A DNA stretch of 64,000 bases from positions 2,464,001 through 2,528,000 of the forward strand of contig CAXXMD010000003.1 of NCBI GenBank assembly GCA_963675755.2, given 5' to 3'. How positions within the stretch are numbered: the stretch's first letter is position 1; every line of letters begins with the position of its first letter. The DNA comes from a bacterium (GTDB taxonomy: Bacteria > Zhuqueibacterota > Zhuqueibacteria > Residuimicrobiales > Krinioviventaceae). The notes below the pieces were generated by a model that worked only from the letters and a program-made list of their open reading frames with translations, made no database searches and was not told where the DNA came from. The translations under genes and the position numbers were made by a program. This document shows positions 31,275 to 41,205 of this stretch, piece after piece.

Positions 31275-31428
31275 GTTCCTTCGCTACTATAATTGTTTAA
31301 TTTTGGGCAATGAGGACCACTTGATTTCGGACCTTCGGCCCGACGCGGCGCATAAAGGCGCCGCACTCCAAAAATACATTTTTGAATGATCGTGACGGAG
31401 ATAAGCAAAGCGTTCTCCGTCACGGAAG
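31275..31428. repeat. Further REP-like modules (GCGGCG..CGCCGCACTCCAAA; GATCGTGACGGAGA..TCTCCGTCACG)
   Basis: The first is homologous to 51615-51740; the second matches the palindromes at 2365-2395 and 3467-3497. Confidence 0.75.
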
Positions 31429-31584
31429 AATGAGTGAAATTTGTGCTTGCATATTATTTTTAAAAAGAGTTAATTGGGAATATCGACAAAATGCAATGGG
31501 GAATTGTTTAAATTTAACTCCATAATTTTTTTTATTTTAAAAGATTTTTAAATTCATAATGTGGAATTCATGTTAGGAGTGGAA

Positions 31585-32178
31585 ATGAAAAAGTCATTAC
31601 TATTAGTGTTTGTCTTGTTATTTGTTACCGGATGTGCATCTACAAAACAAAAATTCCTTGTTGATGAAGATGTTGATCCCATTGTTTCAGATTTGAAGAT
31701 CAAATCAATTTTTATTCATGATAATCGTAAAGGTGTTAGTGATCGAAAATTAAATTTACCAACTTTTTCATGGCCCGGTCAGCACGATCAGGTAAAGCCG
31801 CGTTTAACCGATGAACATGAAACGTTAATTAAAACTGAAATTAACAAGTATTTATCACAAAACGGGCCGGATGTTGAAATAATTGTATATATTGAAGACG
31901 GGACCAAGGAATTTAATGCTACCTGGGCTGGCGAGAAAGAAACAGTCGAGTTAAGTTTGAAAATTGATATCCATGATGGACTACATGTACCTTATTTATG
32001 TTCATTAACCGGCAATGGATTCTATACAGTCACTTCCTGGGATGCCTCCCATGATTATATTGAAAAATTATATCAGAAATTAATTAAATCCAGTATACGA
32101 AAGGCCTTTGAAAACTTGCCGGAATATGTGAAGGAAATTGAAAAACAAAAATCGATACAAAATATAAAAACAATTTAA
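31585..32178 (+). CDS. AT-rich hypothetical lipoprotein
   Basis: SD aggag; MKKSLLLVFVLLFVTG-C lipobox. Confidence 0.75.
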   Translation: MKKSLLLVFVLLFVTGCASTKQKFLVDEDVDPIVSDLKIKSIFIHDNRKGVSDRKLNLPTFSWPGQHDQVKPRLTDEHETLIKTEINKYLSQNGPDVEIIVYIEDGTKEFNATWAGEKETVELSLKIDIHDGLHVPYLCSLTGNGFYTVTSWDASHDYIEKLYQKLIKSSIRKAFENLPEYVKEIEKQKSIQNIKTI

Positions 32179-32219
32179 TGTTTATGAGTGTGTCGGAGAG
32201 GGAGTGTTAGGTGAAAAAA

Positions 32220-32340
32220 ACCGGTGCTTCGATACGTCCGTCCTTTGGACGGCCTACTCAGCAACCGGTTTACGATTGATTGTAACTGAGATAAATTCAA
32301 CCTCCGGGAGGTCAGGACCTCCCGGAGGTGAATCTATGAA
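32220..32340. repeat. 121-bp composite REP-like repeat, copy 2
   Basis: Direct repeat of 31059-31179 at an offset of 1161 bp. Confidence 0.9.
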
Positions 32341-32344
32341 AAAT

Positions 32345-33994
32345 CTATTGCTGTTCTACAAACTGTGCTCGTAGTGCCACCTTGTTCACTTTACCAACAC
32401 TGGTTTTGGGGATTGCATCGGCGCGTTTGACCTTGATGGTAATCGCTTCGCGCGGCACTCTGCCGGAATCCACAGCGGCTTTGACCATTTTCACAATGTC
32501 TCTGTCGCTGAAATCCGCGTTTTCCCTGGCAACCACAACAGCCATTGGCACCTCTACCCAGCTTTCATCAGGATATCCGATAACCGCCACTTCGGCAACG
32601 CCTTCGTGTTTGGCTATTACATCTTCCAGTTCGAGCGAGCTTAGCCACTCGCCGCCAACCTTGATCACATCCTTGGTGCGGTCAGTGATGCGGAAGCTGT
32701 TGTTTTCATCAATGCAGGAAACATCATTCGTGTGCATCCAACCGCCTGCCCATAGTTGCGCGGAATGGGTATTATCTTTGAGATACCCCTGGGTCAAATA
32801 TGGGGTACGCATCACGATCTCGCCCTGGGTCTTGTCGTCGCGCGGTACGTCGTTGCCGTTTTCATCCACAACGCGCATTTGTGCCAGGCCGATGGGTTTT
32901 CCGGTACGGCAACGGATTTTTGCCTGTTCCTCAAAAGAGAGTTCCAACTCTTTGTCTTTTAATTGCGAGAGCGACACTACGGGACATGTTTCAGACATGC
33001 CGTAACCGCCATATACATCAATACCGCGTTTGAGTCCCTCAATACAAATGGATTTATTCAGAGCAGCACCGCCAATGACGCAAGTCCAGTTTGAGAGATC
33101 ATATTTTGCGGCTTCGGGATCTTTTAAAAGCATGTTTAAAATTGTGGGTACGCAATGGCTGAATGTTACCTTGTGTGTCAGCAGCAGCTTTAACAGCATG
33201 GAAGGTACATATTTGCCGGGATACACTTGTTTTACACCCATAAAGGTGGCCATATATGGCATACCCCAGGCGTGAACATGAAACATGGGGGTGATTGGCA
33301 TATAGACCGATTCCCGGTGAAAACGTCCCTGTGTTGACGGGCTGGAGAGTGAGGTCAACGATGCAAGGGTGTGCAATACAAGCTGTCGATGCGAGAAATA
33401 CACTCCTTTGGGATAACCGGTAGTACCGGTGGTATAAAAGGTCGTCGCGCGGGTGTTTTCATCAAAATCCGGAAAGTCATAGTGCGATTGTGCTTTTGCC
33501 AGCAGATCTTCATATTCTCCTTCGAACTGGATCTGGTTTTCAGGCACCTCACCGCCATCAGCAATAACTACAAACTTTCGGTCCTGAACAATGCGTCCCC
33601 GAATTGCCTCTAACAGCGGAATAAAATCCGCATGACAAACAATGATATCGTCTTCGGCATGCTCAATGGTGTACGCAAGCTGTTCGGGTGAGAGACGTAC
33701 ATTGATTGTGTGCAAAACCGCTCCCATCATGGGTACGGCGTAATAGGCTTCCAGATAGCGGTGCGAGTCCCAGTCCATAACCGCAACCGTGTCTCCCGGT
33801 TTTACGCCCAGATCTGCCAGTGCGTTAGCCAACCTGTGCACCCGTTCTTTCCAGGTTTTGTAGGTCAGGGTCACCTGGTCGCGATAAACGATCTCCTGAT
33901 CGGGATCATAATCGGCCGGGGCGTCAAAAAGTTGTTTGATCAACAGGGGGTACTCGTATGCCAATGGATTTTTTTCAATCATGTTCACCACCAT
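32345..33994 (-). CDS. Medium-chain fatty-acid--CoA ligase (AlkK/DmdB-like)
   Basis: YTTGTTGYPKG, PMFHVHAWG, GYGMSET, DRTKDVIKVGGEW and PKTSVGK. Confidence 0.9.
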   Translation of the reverse strand: MVVNMIEKNPLAYEYPLLIKQLFDAPADYDPDQEIVYRDQVTLTYKTWKERVHRLANALADLGVKPGDTVAVMDWDSHRYLEAYYAVPMMGAVLHTINVRLSPEQLAYTIEHAEDDIIVCHADFIPLLEAIRGRIVQDRKFVVIADGGEVPENQIQFEGEYEDLLAKAQSHYDFPDFDENTRATTFYTTGTTGYPKGVYFSHRQLVLHTLASLTSLSSPSTQGRFHRESVYMPITPMFHVHAWGMPYMATFMGVKQVYPGKYVPSMLLKLLLTHKVTFSHCVPTILNMLLKDPEAAKYDLSNWTCVIGGAALNKSICIEGLKRGIDVYGGYGMSETCPVVSLSQLKDKELELSFEEQAKIRCRTGKPIGLAQMRVVDENGNDVPRDDKTQGEIVMRTPYLTQGYLKDNTHSAQLWAGGWMHTNDVSCIDENNSFRITDRTKDVIKVGGEWLSSLELEDVIAKHEGVAEVAVIGYPDESWVEVPMAVVVARENADFSDRDIVKMVKAAVDSGRVPREAITIKVKRADAIPKTSVGKVNKVALRAQFVEQQ

Positions 33995-34174
33995 AATTTT
34001 GGGTTTTATATTGAATGATTTGCTTTTTCATTGTCAATTTGACGGGTTTTCGATGGTTTTAACATACGTAAAGTAAGGGATTGATATTAAAAGCACAATG
34101 CAAAAAATGAATATTTTTCAGTTTTTTGCTGGGGATGATAGAGGACGAGTAAATGTTTGGATCAGGAAATTTTC

Positions 34175-34203
34175 TTGACAAAAATGGATTTTTTGAGTAC
34201 TCT
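34175..34203 (+). promoter_or_regulatory. sigma70 promoter
   Basis: TTGACA-17 nt-TACTCT; the predicted start (~34210) coincides with the first stem of the RNA below. Confidence 0.7.
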
Positions 34204-34204
34204 T

Positions 34205-34345
34205 TTAAACAGATGATATGTGAATTAGCATCTGCTTTACATGGGGTAGTTAGAAATCTAAAACCCTGTCAGGGGATCGTTGCATTTTCCTGCGGACTTG
34301 GCATGTAGGATCAAGTCAGGCCTTGCCAGGTGTGAATCGATTTGA
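34205..34345 (+). ncRNA. Structured RNA resembling the Acido-Lenti-1 motif
   Basis: Hairpins cagatg/catctg, ggggt..ttag-aaat-ctaa..accc, cagggga/tttcctg and gacttgg/tcaagtc. The blocks GAATTAGCATCTGCT and GGACTTGGCATGTAGGATCAAGTCAGGCCTTG match my recollection of Acido-Lenti-1; not verified by search. Confidence 0.6.
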
Positions 34346-34357
34346 AAAGGACCAATA

Positions 34358-35164
34358 ATGAAGATTAGATTAGTCATTTTTTTATTTTTTGTCGCCACAA
34401 CATTTGCACATGCCAGAGATAGTTTATTTGGTAATTACGAAATGATCGAATTCGATTTCAAGGGGCACGATGCTAAAATCGTAATTCCGAATGAACCTGA
34501 CAGTAATGGATACTGGATATGGAGGGCCCGTTTTTGGGGACACGAACCGCAGCTTGATATTCAATTGCTCGAACGCGGATTCCATGTTGCTTTTGTTGAT
34601 GTCGGCGGAATGTTTGGCAGTCCCGAGGCGGTAGCGTTGTGGAGCGAGTTTTATGAGTTTGTCACCCAAAAATATAATTTGAATACCCGGGTTGTGTTGG
34701 AGGGTATGAGTAGAGGAGGTTTAATTGTTTACAATTGGGCATCTCAAAATACGGATAAAGTGTTTTGTATTTATGCTGATGCTCCTGTGTGTGATATAAA
34801 AAGCTGGCCGGGGGGATTGTTCAAGGGACAGGGGAGTCCTGCGGATTGGCAGCAATGTTTAGCCGCCTATAATTTGAATCAGGAATCTGTTTTAACTTTT
34901 GAGGGGAATCCTGTTTCGACGTGCGTTCATGTTGCACGGGCTCATATTCCGGTAATCCATGTTTGCGGTGATTCAGACAAGGTTGTTCCCTATAAGGAAA
35001 ATACAGAAATTCTGGCCGATAAATTTAGGGAAGCTGGTGGAACTATCGAAATTATTTTAAAGCCGGGAGTTGGCCATCATCCGCATTCGCTAGAGGACCC
35101 CAAGCCAATTGTAGATTTTATCTTGAATAGTATCCAAAAAAGGGAATCAGGAATTTTGGATTAA
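34358..35164 (+). CDS. Secreted alpha/beta hydrolase (esterase / prolyl-oligopeptidase-like)
   Basis: Signal peptide, WIWRARFWGHEPQ, GMSRGG, GDSDKVVP and GHHPHSL. Confidence 0.82.
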   Translation: MKIRLVIFLFFVATTFAHARDSLFGNYEMIEFDFKGHDAKIVIPNEPDSNGYWIWRARFWGHEPQLDIQLLERGFHVAFVDVGGMFGSPEAVALWSEFYEFVTQKYNLNTRVVLEGMSRGGLIVYNWASQNTDKVFCIYADAPVCDIKSWPGGLFKGQGSPADWQQCLAAYNLNQESVLTFEGNPVSTCVHVARAHIPVIHVCGDSDKVVPYKENTEILADKFREAGGTIEIILKPGVGHHPHSLEDPKPIVDFILNSIQKRESGILD

Positions 35165-35454
35165 AATTATGCAGGGTTGTGGGCTGTTAACTTACGGCTT
35201 TGTGATCGCCAGGAAATCCTTCAGCCAGGGGATGCCTGGTGGAACATTTCACAGGACATTTGTCCTGATGTCTCGGACTACGTATGGGACGAATGTTCCA
35301 GGATAATGTCCTGCGATGCAGGAATCTGCATCGCGATTAAGTTTGATAACGCAATTCCGGCTACCCTTTATCCCAAAATGTAAATAAATCCGGGTGAAAA
35401 CCTGTTGCTTCCCACCATAAATTTCTGTATTTTAGCATCTTGAACGAGATTATT

Positions 35455-36186
35455 ATGCCGAAATCGACTGATCAACATATTGACAATACAGCCAAAGCCG
35501 AAAGCTGGCGCATGTTTGACCGCATATCCGGGCGGTACGATCTGCTCAATCGGCTGCTGTCCCTGCGTATCGACAAGAGCTGGCGCAAACGCATGATCTG
35601 TCATCTGCCACAGCGAGCAGGACTCACCGTTATGGATGCCGCTACAGGTACTGGAGATGTTTTACTGACCCTGGCACAAAGCGCATTTGTAAGACGAGGA
35701 ATTGGCATAGACCCGGCGCAGGAAATGCTTGCCGTAGGTCGTGAAAAAATTGCAAAACTAGAACTGACAGACAGTCTCACCCTGCTGCCAGCGAATGCGC
35801 TCGATCTGCCGGTCAAAGACAATGGCGTGGATGTGGTGACCATTTCTTTTGGCATTCGAAATGTTCCGGATGTGCCGCGCGCACTGCAAGAGATGCATCG
35901 GGTGCTGAATGAAAAGGGCAGGCTGATGGTGCTCGAGTTTTCGCTGCCCGGCAACAAAATTATACGGAATATGTATCTGCTCTATTTTCGTTATATATTA
36001 CCGAAAATCGGTGCGTGGATTTCCGGTGATGCCGGCGCGTACGGCTATTTGAATAAATCGGTTGAAGATTTTCCATATGGCAATGCATTTGCAAAACTGT
36101 TGTTTGAAGCAGGATTTTACAAGGTCTCTGTTAACCCCCTGACCCTGGGCATTGCAACTTTATATATTGCTGATAAAAAGAAATAA
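35455..36186 (+). CDS. menG: Demethylmenaquinone methyltransferase
   Basis: MFDRISGRYDLLNRLLSL.ID..WR, DAATGTGD, ISFGIRNV and VLEFS; heads the men cluster. Confidence 0.92.
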   Translation: MPKSTDQHIDNTAKAESWRMFDRISGRYDLLNRLLSLRIDKSWRKRMICHLPQRAGLTVMDAATGTGDVLLTLAQSAFVRRGIGIDPAQEMLAVGREKIAKLELTDSLTLLPANALDLPVKDNGVDVVTISFGIRNVPDVPRALQEMHRVLNEKGRLMVLEFSLPGNKIIRNMYLLYFRYILPKIGAWISGDAGAYGYLNKSVEDFPYGNAFAKLLFEAGFYKVSVNPLTLGIATLYIADKKK

Positions 36187-36198
36187 GCAGAGGATTTT

Positions 36199-37557
36199 TT
36201 GACTACCTTTGATGCCCTGAAACAAAACATTTCGGTTGAATTGAAAGAACGGTGCCATGCTCACCGTGCGGTTCCCGGTTCCGAGAATACCTTGCAGCGT
36301 ATTGAGTTGCAGGTGCAGGAAGCGGACCTGATTCTCTGGTTAAAAAATCAGAATTTTCCCCAAAAAACATACTGGTCTGAACGAGATGGCCGGCTGAAAA
36401 TGGCAGGTGTGGGTGCTGCCCATATTTTTCAAGGCAATACAAACGAATATACCGAGGTTTTTGAAGAACTGGACCGCCTGCTAAAGGGTGCGGATGAAGA
36501 TGTTCGTTATTATGGCGGCTTGAAATTTGATCCCGATCATGCGGTATCTGAACTGTGGCAGCGGTTTAAACGCTATTATTTTATTGTGCCCCGGTTCGAG
36601 CTGTTAAAGCGCGATCTGCACTATTATTTTGCTCTCAATTATGTAGTAGACCTTGAAGAACCCCAGCTTGATGAAATTCTGGCAGACCTGCAAAAACTTG
36701 ATTTTTCTTTTTATAAAGATACAAAAGAACTGCCCGCCTATACTGATTTGGCAATGGACCCGATAAAGTCCACCTGGGATCGCAATGTTCAGCAGGCGTT
36801 GACATTGATCGAGAACGGGACTTTGCAAAAGATTGTGCTGTCAGGGCGGTCAACCCTTACCTTTGACGAAACCATCAATCCTTCTCTGCTTTTTGAAAAG
36901 CTGATTGGTCAGAACTCGAACTCTTTTCATTTCTGCATTCAACCCGATGCGGAAACTGCGTTTATGGGTATTACGCCTGAGCGGCTTTATCGTCGTGAGG
37001 GGCGCGAAATATGGAGCGAGGCCATTGCCGGTACACGTCCCCGTGGTCGTGACGAAGCAGAAGATGAGGCGCTGGAAAAAGACCTGCAATCCTCAGACAA
37101 GGACATTCGTGAGCACCGCTGGGTGAGTGATATGGTGCGTTCGGGACTGGGACCCTTGTGCCGATACATTAACGATGTGGATCGTGAACGTATTCTCAAA
37201 CTGCGCCATGTTCAGCATCTGCAAAGCCTGTTTATTGGAGTCTTGCGCGACGGGATCTGCGATGGCGAGATTATTTCTCACTTGCACCCAACTCCGGCAG
37301 TAGGCGGATTCCCCAATACCATATCCATTCCCTATATTTCCGAGATTGAAGGATTTGATCGCGGCTGGTACGCGGGACCGATAGGTTGGGTAAGTCGTGA
37401 TGCCGCAGGTTTTGCTGTGGGTATCCGCTCGGGCCTAGTGAATGGCAATAAACTGACAATTTTTGCGGGTTCGGGGATTGTTGAGGGAAGTGATCCGGAT
37501 AAGGAATGGGAAGAAAATCAGACTAAAATATTAAATTTTACAAAACTCTTTCAGTGA
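36199..37557 (+). CDS. menF: Isochorismate synthase
   Basis: KIVLS, FMGITPERL, EAIAGT, LHPTPAVGG, DRGWYAGPIGW and AGSGIV. Confidence 0.9.
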   Translation: MTTFDALKQNISVELKERCHAHRAVPGSENTLQRIELQVQEADLILWLKNQNFPQKTYWSERDGRLKMAGVGAAHIFQGNTNEYTEVFEELDRLLKGADEDVRYYGGLKFDPDHAVSELWQRFKRYYFIVPRFELLKRDLHYYFALNYVVDLEEPQLDEILADLQKLDFSFYKDTKELPAYTDLAMDPIKSTWDRNVQQALTLIENGTLQKIVLSGRSTLTFDETINPSLLFEKLIGQNSNSFHFCIQPDAETAFMGITPERLYRREGREIWSEAIAGTRPRGRDEAEDEALEKDLQSSDKDIREHRWVSDMVRSGLGPLCRYINDVDRERILKLRHVQHLQSLFIGVLRDGICDGEIISHLHPTPAVGGFPNTISIPYISEIEGFDRGWYAGPIGWVSRDAAGFAVGIRSGLVNGNKLTIFAGSGIVEGSDPDKEWEENQTKILNFTKLFQ

Positions 37558-37558
37558 T

Positions 37559-39310
37559 ATGGGAATTGGCTTAGAAAACATAAACGCGCTGTGGGCGTCA
37601 TTGATTATAGAAGAACTGGTGCGTAACGGCATTGAATATGCCTGCGTTTCACCGGGCTCACGCTCCACCCCTCTTACCATTGCCGCGGCACGTAACGGGA
37701 AATTGAAAAAACGTATCTGCTATGACGAACGCGGTGCCGCGTATCATGCATTGGGGTACGCCCGTGCAACCGGCAAACCCGCTCTGTTAATCTGTACTTC
37801 CGGTACTGCGGCGGCCAATTATTATCCTGCCATTGTGGAAGCAAGCATGGACCATGTGCCCATGATCATCCTGAGCGCTGACCGTCCGCCCGAACTGCTG
37901 GATACCGGTGCAAACCAGACCATCCATCAGCAGGGTATGTATGGAAAATATGTGCGCTGGCAGTACGAACTGCCTTGTCCGGATGAGAATCTTGATCCGC
38001 GTATGGTACTCACCACTGTGGACCAGCTACTGCATCAGGCAACCGGTGACAATCCGGGTCCTGTGCATCTCAATAACATGTACCGCGAGCCTCTGGCCCT
38101 GAAAACTGAAAAAGTGGATGATGCCTGTGTGCAACAACTCACCGACTGGATGGTGAACGGAACGTGTGCCTATACGGATTATGCCCAACCGGTTAAACAG
38201 CTTGATTTATCTACTGTTAAACGGATCTCCGAACTGGTAAATAACGCCAAAAGCGGAGTGATAATTGCCGGGCGTATGCAGGGTATGGATGATATTGCTG
38301 CAGTACGAAAACTGGCAAAGCATTTAAAATGGCCGGTCTTTGCCGATATTTTATCCGGCAACCGCATACAGCAGGAAAACACCATCTCTTTTTATGACCA
38401 GATGTTGGGAATCGATGAAGTAACAGAGGAATTGAATCCGGATGTAGTACTGCATTTTGGAGGACAATCTGTTTCCAAGAGATTACTGCAGTTTATTGAA
38501 ACCAAAACACCGCACTATTATATTCATACAGCCGGGTACACAGAGCGAATTGATCCTGCGCACCGGGTAACGCATCGTTTAAATGCGGATATTGCTTCCG
38601 TATGTGCGGCTTTGAAATCTCACACCTCTGCGGGGAACGCGGAAATTACCGCATTGGAGAAATTAAACGCCAAAGCATTACTGGCCGTGAACGAAATTCT
38701 GGATGAAACCCATAAAATGACCGAGCCGGGAATTGCCCGCGCTACTGCATCCGGATTACCGGAAAACTGGGGTCTGTATCTGGCGAGCAGCATGCCCATA
38801 CGGGATATGGATATGTTTGTAAAGTCACTGCCGGATAATGTGCGCATTGCCGGAAATCGTGGTGCCAGCGGAATTGACGGTACTGTTGCCTCTGCCGCAG
38901 GTTTTGCGGAAGGATTGGGAAAGCCGGTAGTGTTGATGATAGGTGATCTGGCCCTGATCCATGATATGAACTCTCTGGATGTGGTGAAAAAAGGTGCACA
39001 GCCCCTGGTATTGGTGGTGATTAACAATAAAAGTGGTGGTATTTTCCACTTTTTGCCAGTATCACAGCACAAAAAGGTGTTTGAACCCTGGTTCACAACC
39101 CCACACAACTATGCATTTGAACCGCTGGCGCGACAGTTTAATATACCCTATATGAAATGTGAAACCCTTGAAATGTTCAAGCAAGAGTTGGGCAAAGCCA
39201 CACAGAATAAACAAACCATTATTCTTGAAATTGCAACCCGTGCGGAAGAAAACCACCGGTTTCATCAGGACATCCTGGAGAGGATCCGGGAAGTTATCAA
39301 ATACCGGTAA
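37559..39310 (+). CDS. menD: SEPHCHC synthase
   Basis: SPGSRSTPL, DERGA, CTSGTAAAN, ADRPPEL, NRGASGIDG and GDLALIHD. Confidence 0.95.
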   Translation: MGIGLENINALWASLIIEELVRNGIEYACVSPGSRSTPLTIAAARNGKLKKRICYDERGAAYHALGYARATGKPALLICTSGTAAANYYPAIVEASMDHVPMIILSADRPPELLDTGANQTIHQQGMYGKYVRWQYELPCPDENLDPRMVLTTVDQLLHQATGDNPGPVHLNNMYREPLALKTEKVDDACVQQLTDWMVNGTCAYTDYAQPVKQLDLSTVKRISELVNNAKSGVIIAGRMQGMDDIAAVRKLAKHLKWPVFADILSGNRIQQENTISFYDQMLGIDEVTEELNPDVVLHFGGQSVSKRLLQFIETKTPHYYIHTAGYTERIDPAHRVTHRLNADIASVCAALKSHTSAGNAEITALEKLNAKALLAVNEILDETHKMTEPGIARATASGLPENWGLYLASSMPIRDMDMFVKSLPDNVRIAGNRGASGIDGTVASAAGFAEGLGKPVVLMIGDLALIHDMNSLDVVKKGAQPLVLVVINNKSGGIFHFLPVSQHKKVFEPWFTTPHNYAFEPLARQFNIPYMKCETLEMFKQELGKATQNKQTIILEIATRAEENHRFHQDILERIREVIKYR

Positions 39311-39321
39311 GGGGAGCCATC

Positions 39322-40113
39322 ATGTCGCTTTTTGTGCATCAGTGGGGAGATCCTGAAAATCCTGCATTGCTGTTTTTACATGGATTTATGGGAAATGGTC
39401 GTACATGGGCGCCTTTTGTTAAAGAATTAAAATCCCATTATCATATTATTGCACCTGATCTTCCCGGTCATGGTGAGTCCCTGTATCTCAAAGAATCGGG
39501 GGATTATGATTTTGTAGAGACCGCTGAGCAGGTGATACAGGTACTGGATAAGCTTGAAATACCCATTGCTGCCATAGCAGGATATTCCATGGGAGGCAGA
39601 CTGGCAATGTACCTGGCCGTCCGTTATCCGGACCGGTTTAATCACTTGATTGTAGAATCCGCTTCTCCGGGGATTGATGATGCAGAGACCCGCGAGGAAC
39701 GCTACCAAAAAGACAAATCCACTGCCGATTACCTGGAAACTGCGGATCTGACTGCATTTCTGGAAGCCTGGTATGAACAGCCGATTTTTGGGGATCTGAA
39801 TCGTCATCCTGATTTTTCAGATTATGTTGCTTCTCTGTTGTTTAATGAGCCTGTTGAGCTGGTAAGAGCCGTGCGAGGGATGAGTCAGGGGGTACAGCCA
39901 CCGCTTGAAGAGCATTTGAAGGAATTGGACCTGCCTGCTCTTTTTATAGCCGGGGAACATGACGAGAAATATAGTGCTATTCTTGAACGTTTATCACAAT
40001 ATAATAATCACTTTGAGTTAAAAATTATACCTGAATGCGGGCATAACACGCATTTTCAAGATCCGCAAACATTTTTACAATTGATCAAAGAATTTTTAAA
40101 TACAGGAGGTTAA
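39322..40113 (+). CDS. menH: SHCHC synthase
   Basis: [21 protein letters not shown] and GHNTH; lies between menD and menB. Confidence 0.88.
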   Translation: MSLFVHQWGDPENPALLFLHGFMGNGRTWAPFVKELKSHYHIIAPDLPGHGESLYLKESGDYDFVETAEQVIQVLDKLEIPIAAIAGYSMGGRLAMYLAVRYPDRFNHLIVESASPGIDDAETREERYQKDKSTADYLETADLTAFLEAWYEQPIFGDLNRHPDFSDYVASLLFNEPVELVRAVRGMSQGVQPPLEEHLKELDLPALFIAGEHDEKYSAILERLSQYNNHFELKIIPECGHNTHFQDPQTFLQLIKEFLNTGG

Positions 40114-40114
40114 C

Positions 40115-40936
40115 ATGTCTGTTGTAGACTGGAAATCCGCAGGTGAATATACCGATATTAAATATCATAAAGCAGAAGGCATGGCAAAAATCACCATTAA
40201 CCGTCCCGAGGTGCGCAATGCGTTTCGTCCGTTAACGGTTTTTGAAATGTCAAAAGCCTTTGAAGACGCGCGTGAAGATCCCGAGATTGGCGTAATTATT
40301 CTAACCGGTGAAGGCGAAAAGGCTTTTTGCTCGGGTGGCGATCAGAAAATCCGTGGAGATTCCGGATACAAGGATGAAAAAGGCGTGCACCGCTTGAATG
40401 TGCTCGATTTTCAGCGCCAGATCCGTACGTGTCCCAAGCCTGTGGTTGCCATGGTTGCGGGATACGCCATTGGCGGTGGGCATGTGCTGCACGTCATGTG
40501 CGATCTTACCATTGCCGCGGATAATGCCATCTTTGGACAAACCGGACCCAAGGTGGGTTCTTTTGATGGTGGTTATGGTTCCAGTTACCTTGCTAGGATT
40601 GTGGGACAAAAAAAAGCGCGCGAAATCTGGTTTCTCTGTCGTCAATACGACGCTCAGCAGGCGCTTGAAATGGGACTGGTAAACACGGTTGTTCCTTATG
40701 AAAAACTCGAGGAAGAAACCGTGCAGTGGTGCCGCGAGATGCTCCGCAATTCGCCGACCGCGCTCCGTTGTCTCAAAGCCGCAATGAATGCCGATTGTGA
40801 CGGTCAAGCCGGATTGCAAGAGCTTGCGGGATGCGCAACCATGCTCTATTACATGTCAGATGAGGCACAGGAAGGTAAAAACGCCTTTGTAGAAAAACGT
40901 AATCCCGATTTTAGCAAATTTCCAAGACAGCCGTAG
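40115..40936 (+). CDS. menB: 1,4-dihydroxy-2-naphthoyl-CoA synthase
   Basis: [33 protein letters not shown] and GQKKAREIW. Confidence 0.97.
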   Translation: MSVVDWKSAGEYTDIKYHKAEGMAKITINRPEVRNAFRPLTVFEMSKAFEDAREDPEIGVIILTGEGEKAFCSGGDQKIRGDSGYKDEKGVHRLNVLDFQRQIRTCPKPVVAMVAGYAIGGGHVLHVMCDLTIAADNAIFGQTGPKVGSFDGGYGSSYLARIVGQKKAREIWFLCRQYDAQQALEMGLVNTVVPYEKLEEETVQWCREMLRNSPTALRCLKAAMNADCDGQAGLQELAGCATMLYYMSDEAQEGKNAFVEKRNPDFSKFPRQP

Positions 40937-41205
40937 AATCTTTTTAACGTAAGAAACGATCTTGTAAGTTAAATTGTCAAGATTAGAACCACAGAGCCAC
41001 AAAGAACACAGAGAAAAATGATTTAGATCATGAATTCAAAATTTCTGCTGTCTTTGTGGTTCCGTAAATTTGCTTTTTTATGTGGGAATTCTAGGATTTA
41101 TTCTTGAATTTTGACTGATTGTTATATATTTTGTTTATCACAGGGGAACAGGACAGCTTTGGCGGGAGTGTAATAAATCAATGTACTATTAATAAGAGGT
41201 GACGT

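Noticed and set aside
32179-32215. GTTAGGT after the lipoprotein stop as an integron attC core site
   Set aside because: There is no complementary RYYYAAC or L-box stem upstream and no integrase in the window.
32345-33994. Acyl-CoA ligase as the missing menE
   Set aside because: Its motifs (PMFHVHAWG, DVIKVGGEW) fit medium-chain fatty-acyl-CoA ligases, and it is on the opposite strand and separated from the men genes.
34205-34345. Cobalamin riboswitch, suggested by AAGTCAGG..TTGCC
   Set aside because: The GGGAA, GCCACTG and GCAACTGT core elements are missing and the downstream gene is unrelated to B12.
41145-41173. GGAAC-N18-GTGTAA as another target of the ECF sigma
   Set aside because: It matches the GGAATG/TTGTCTAA boxes only partly; it could belong to another ECF or be chance.
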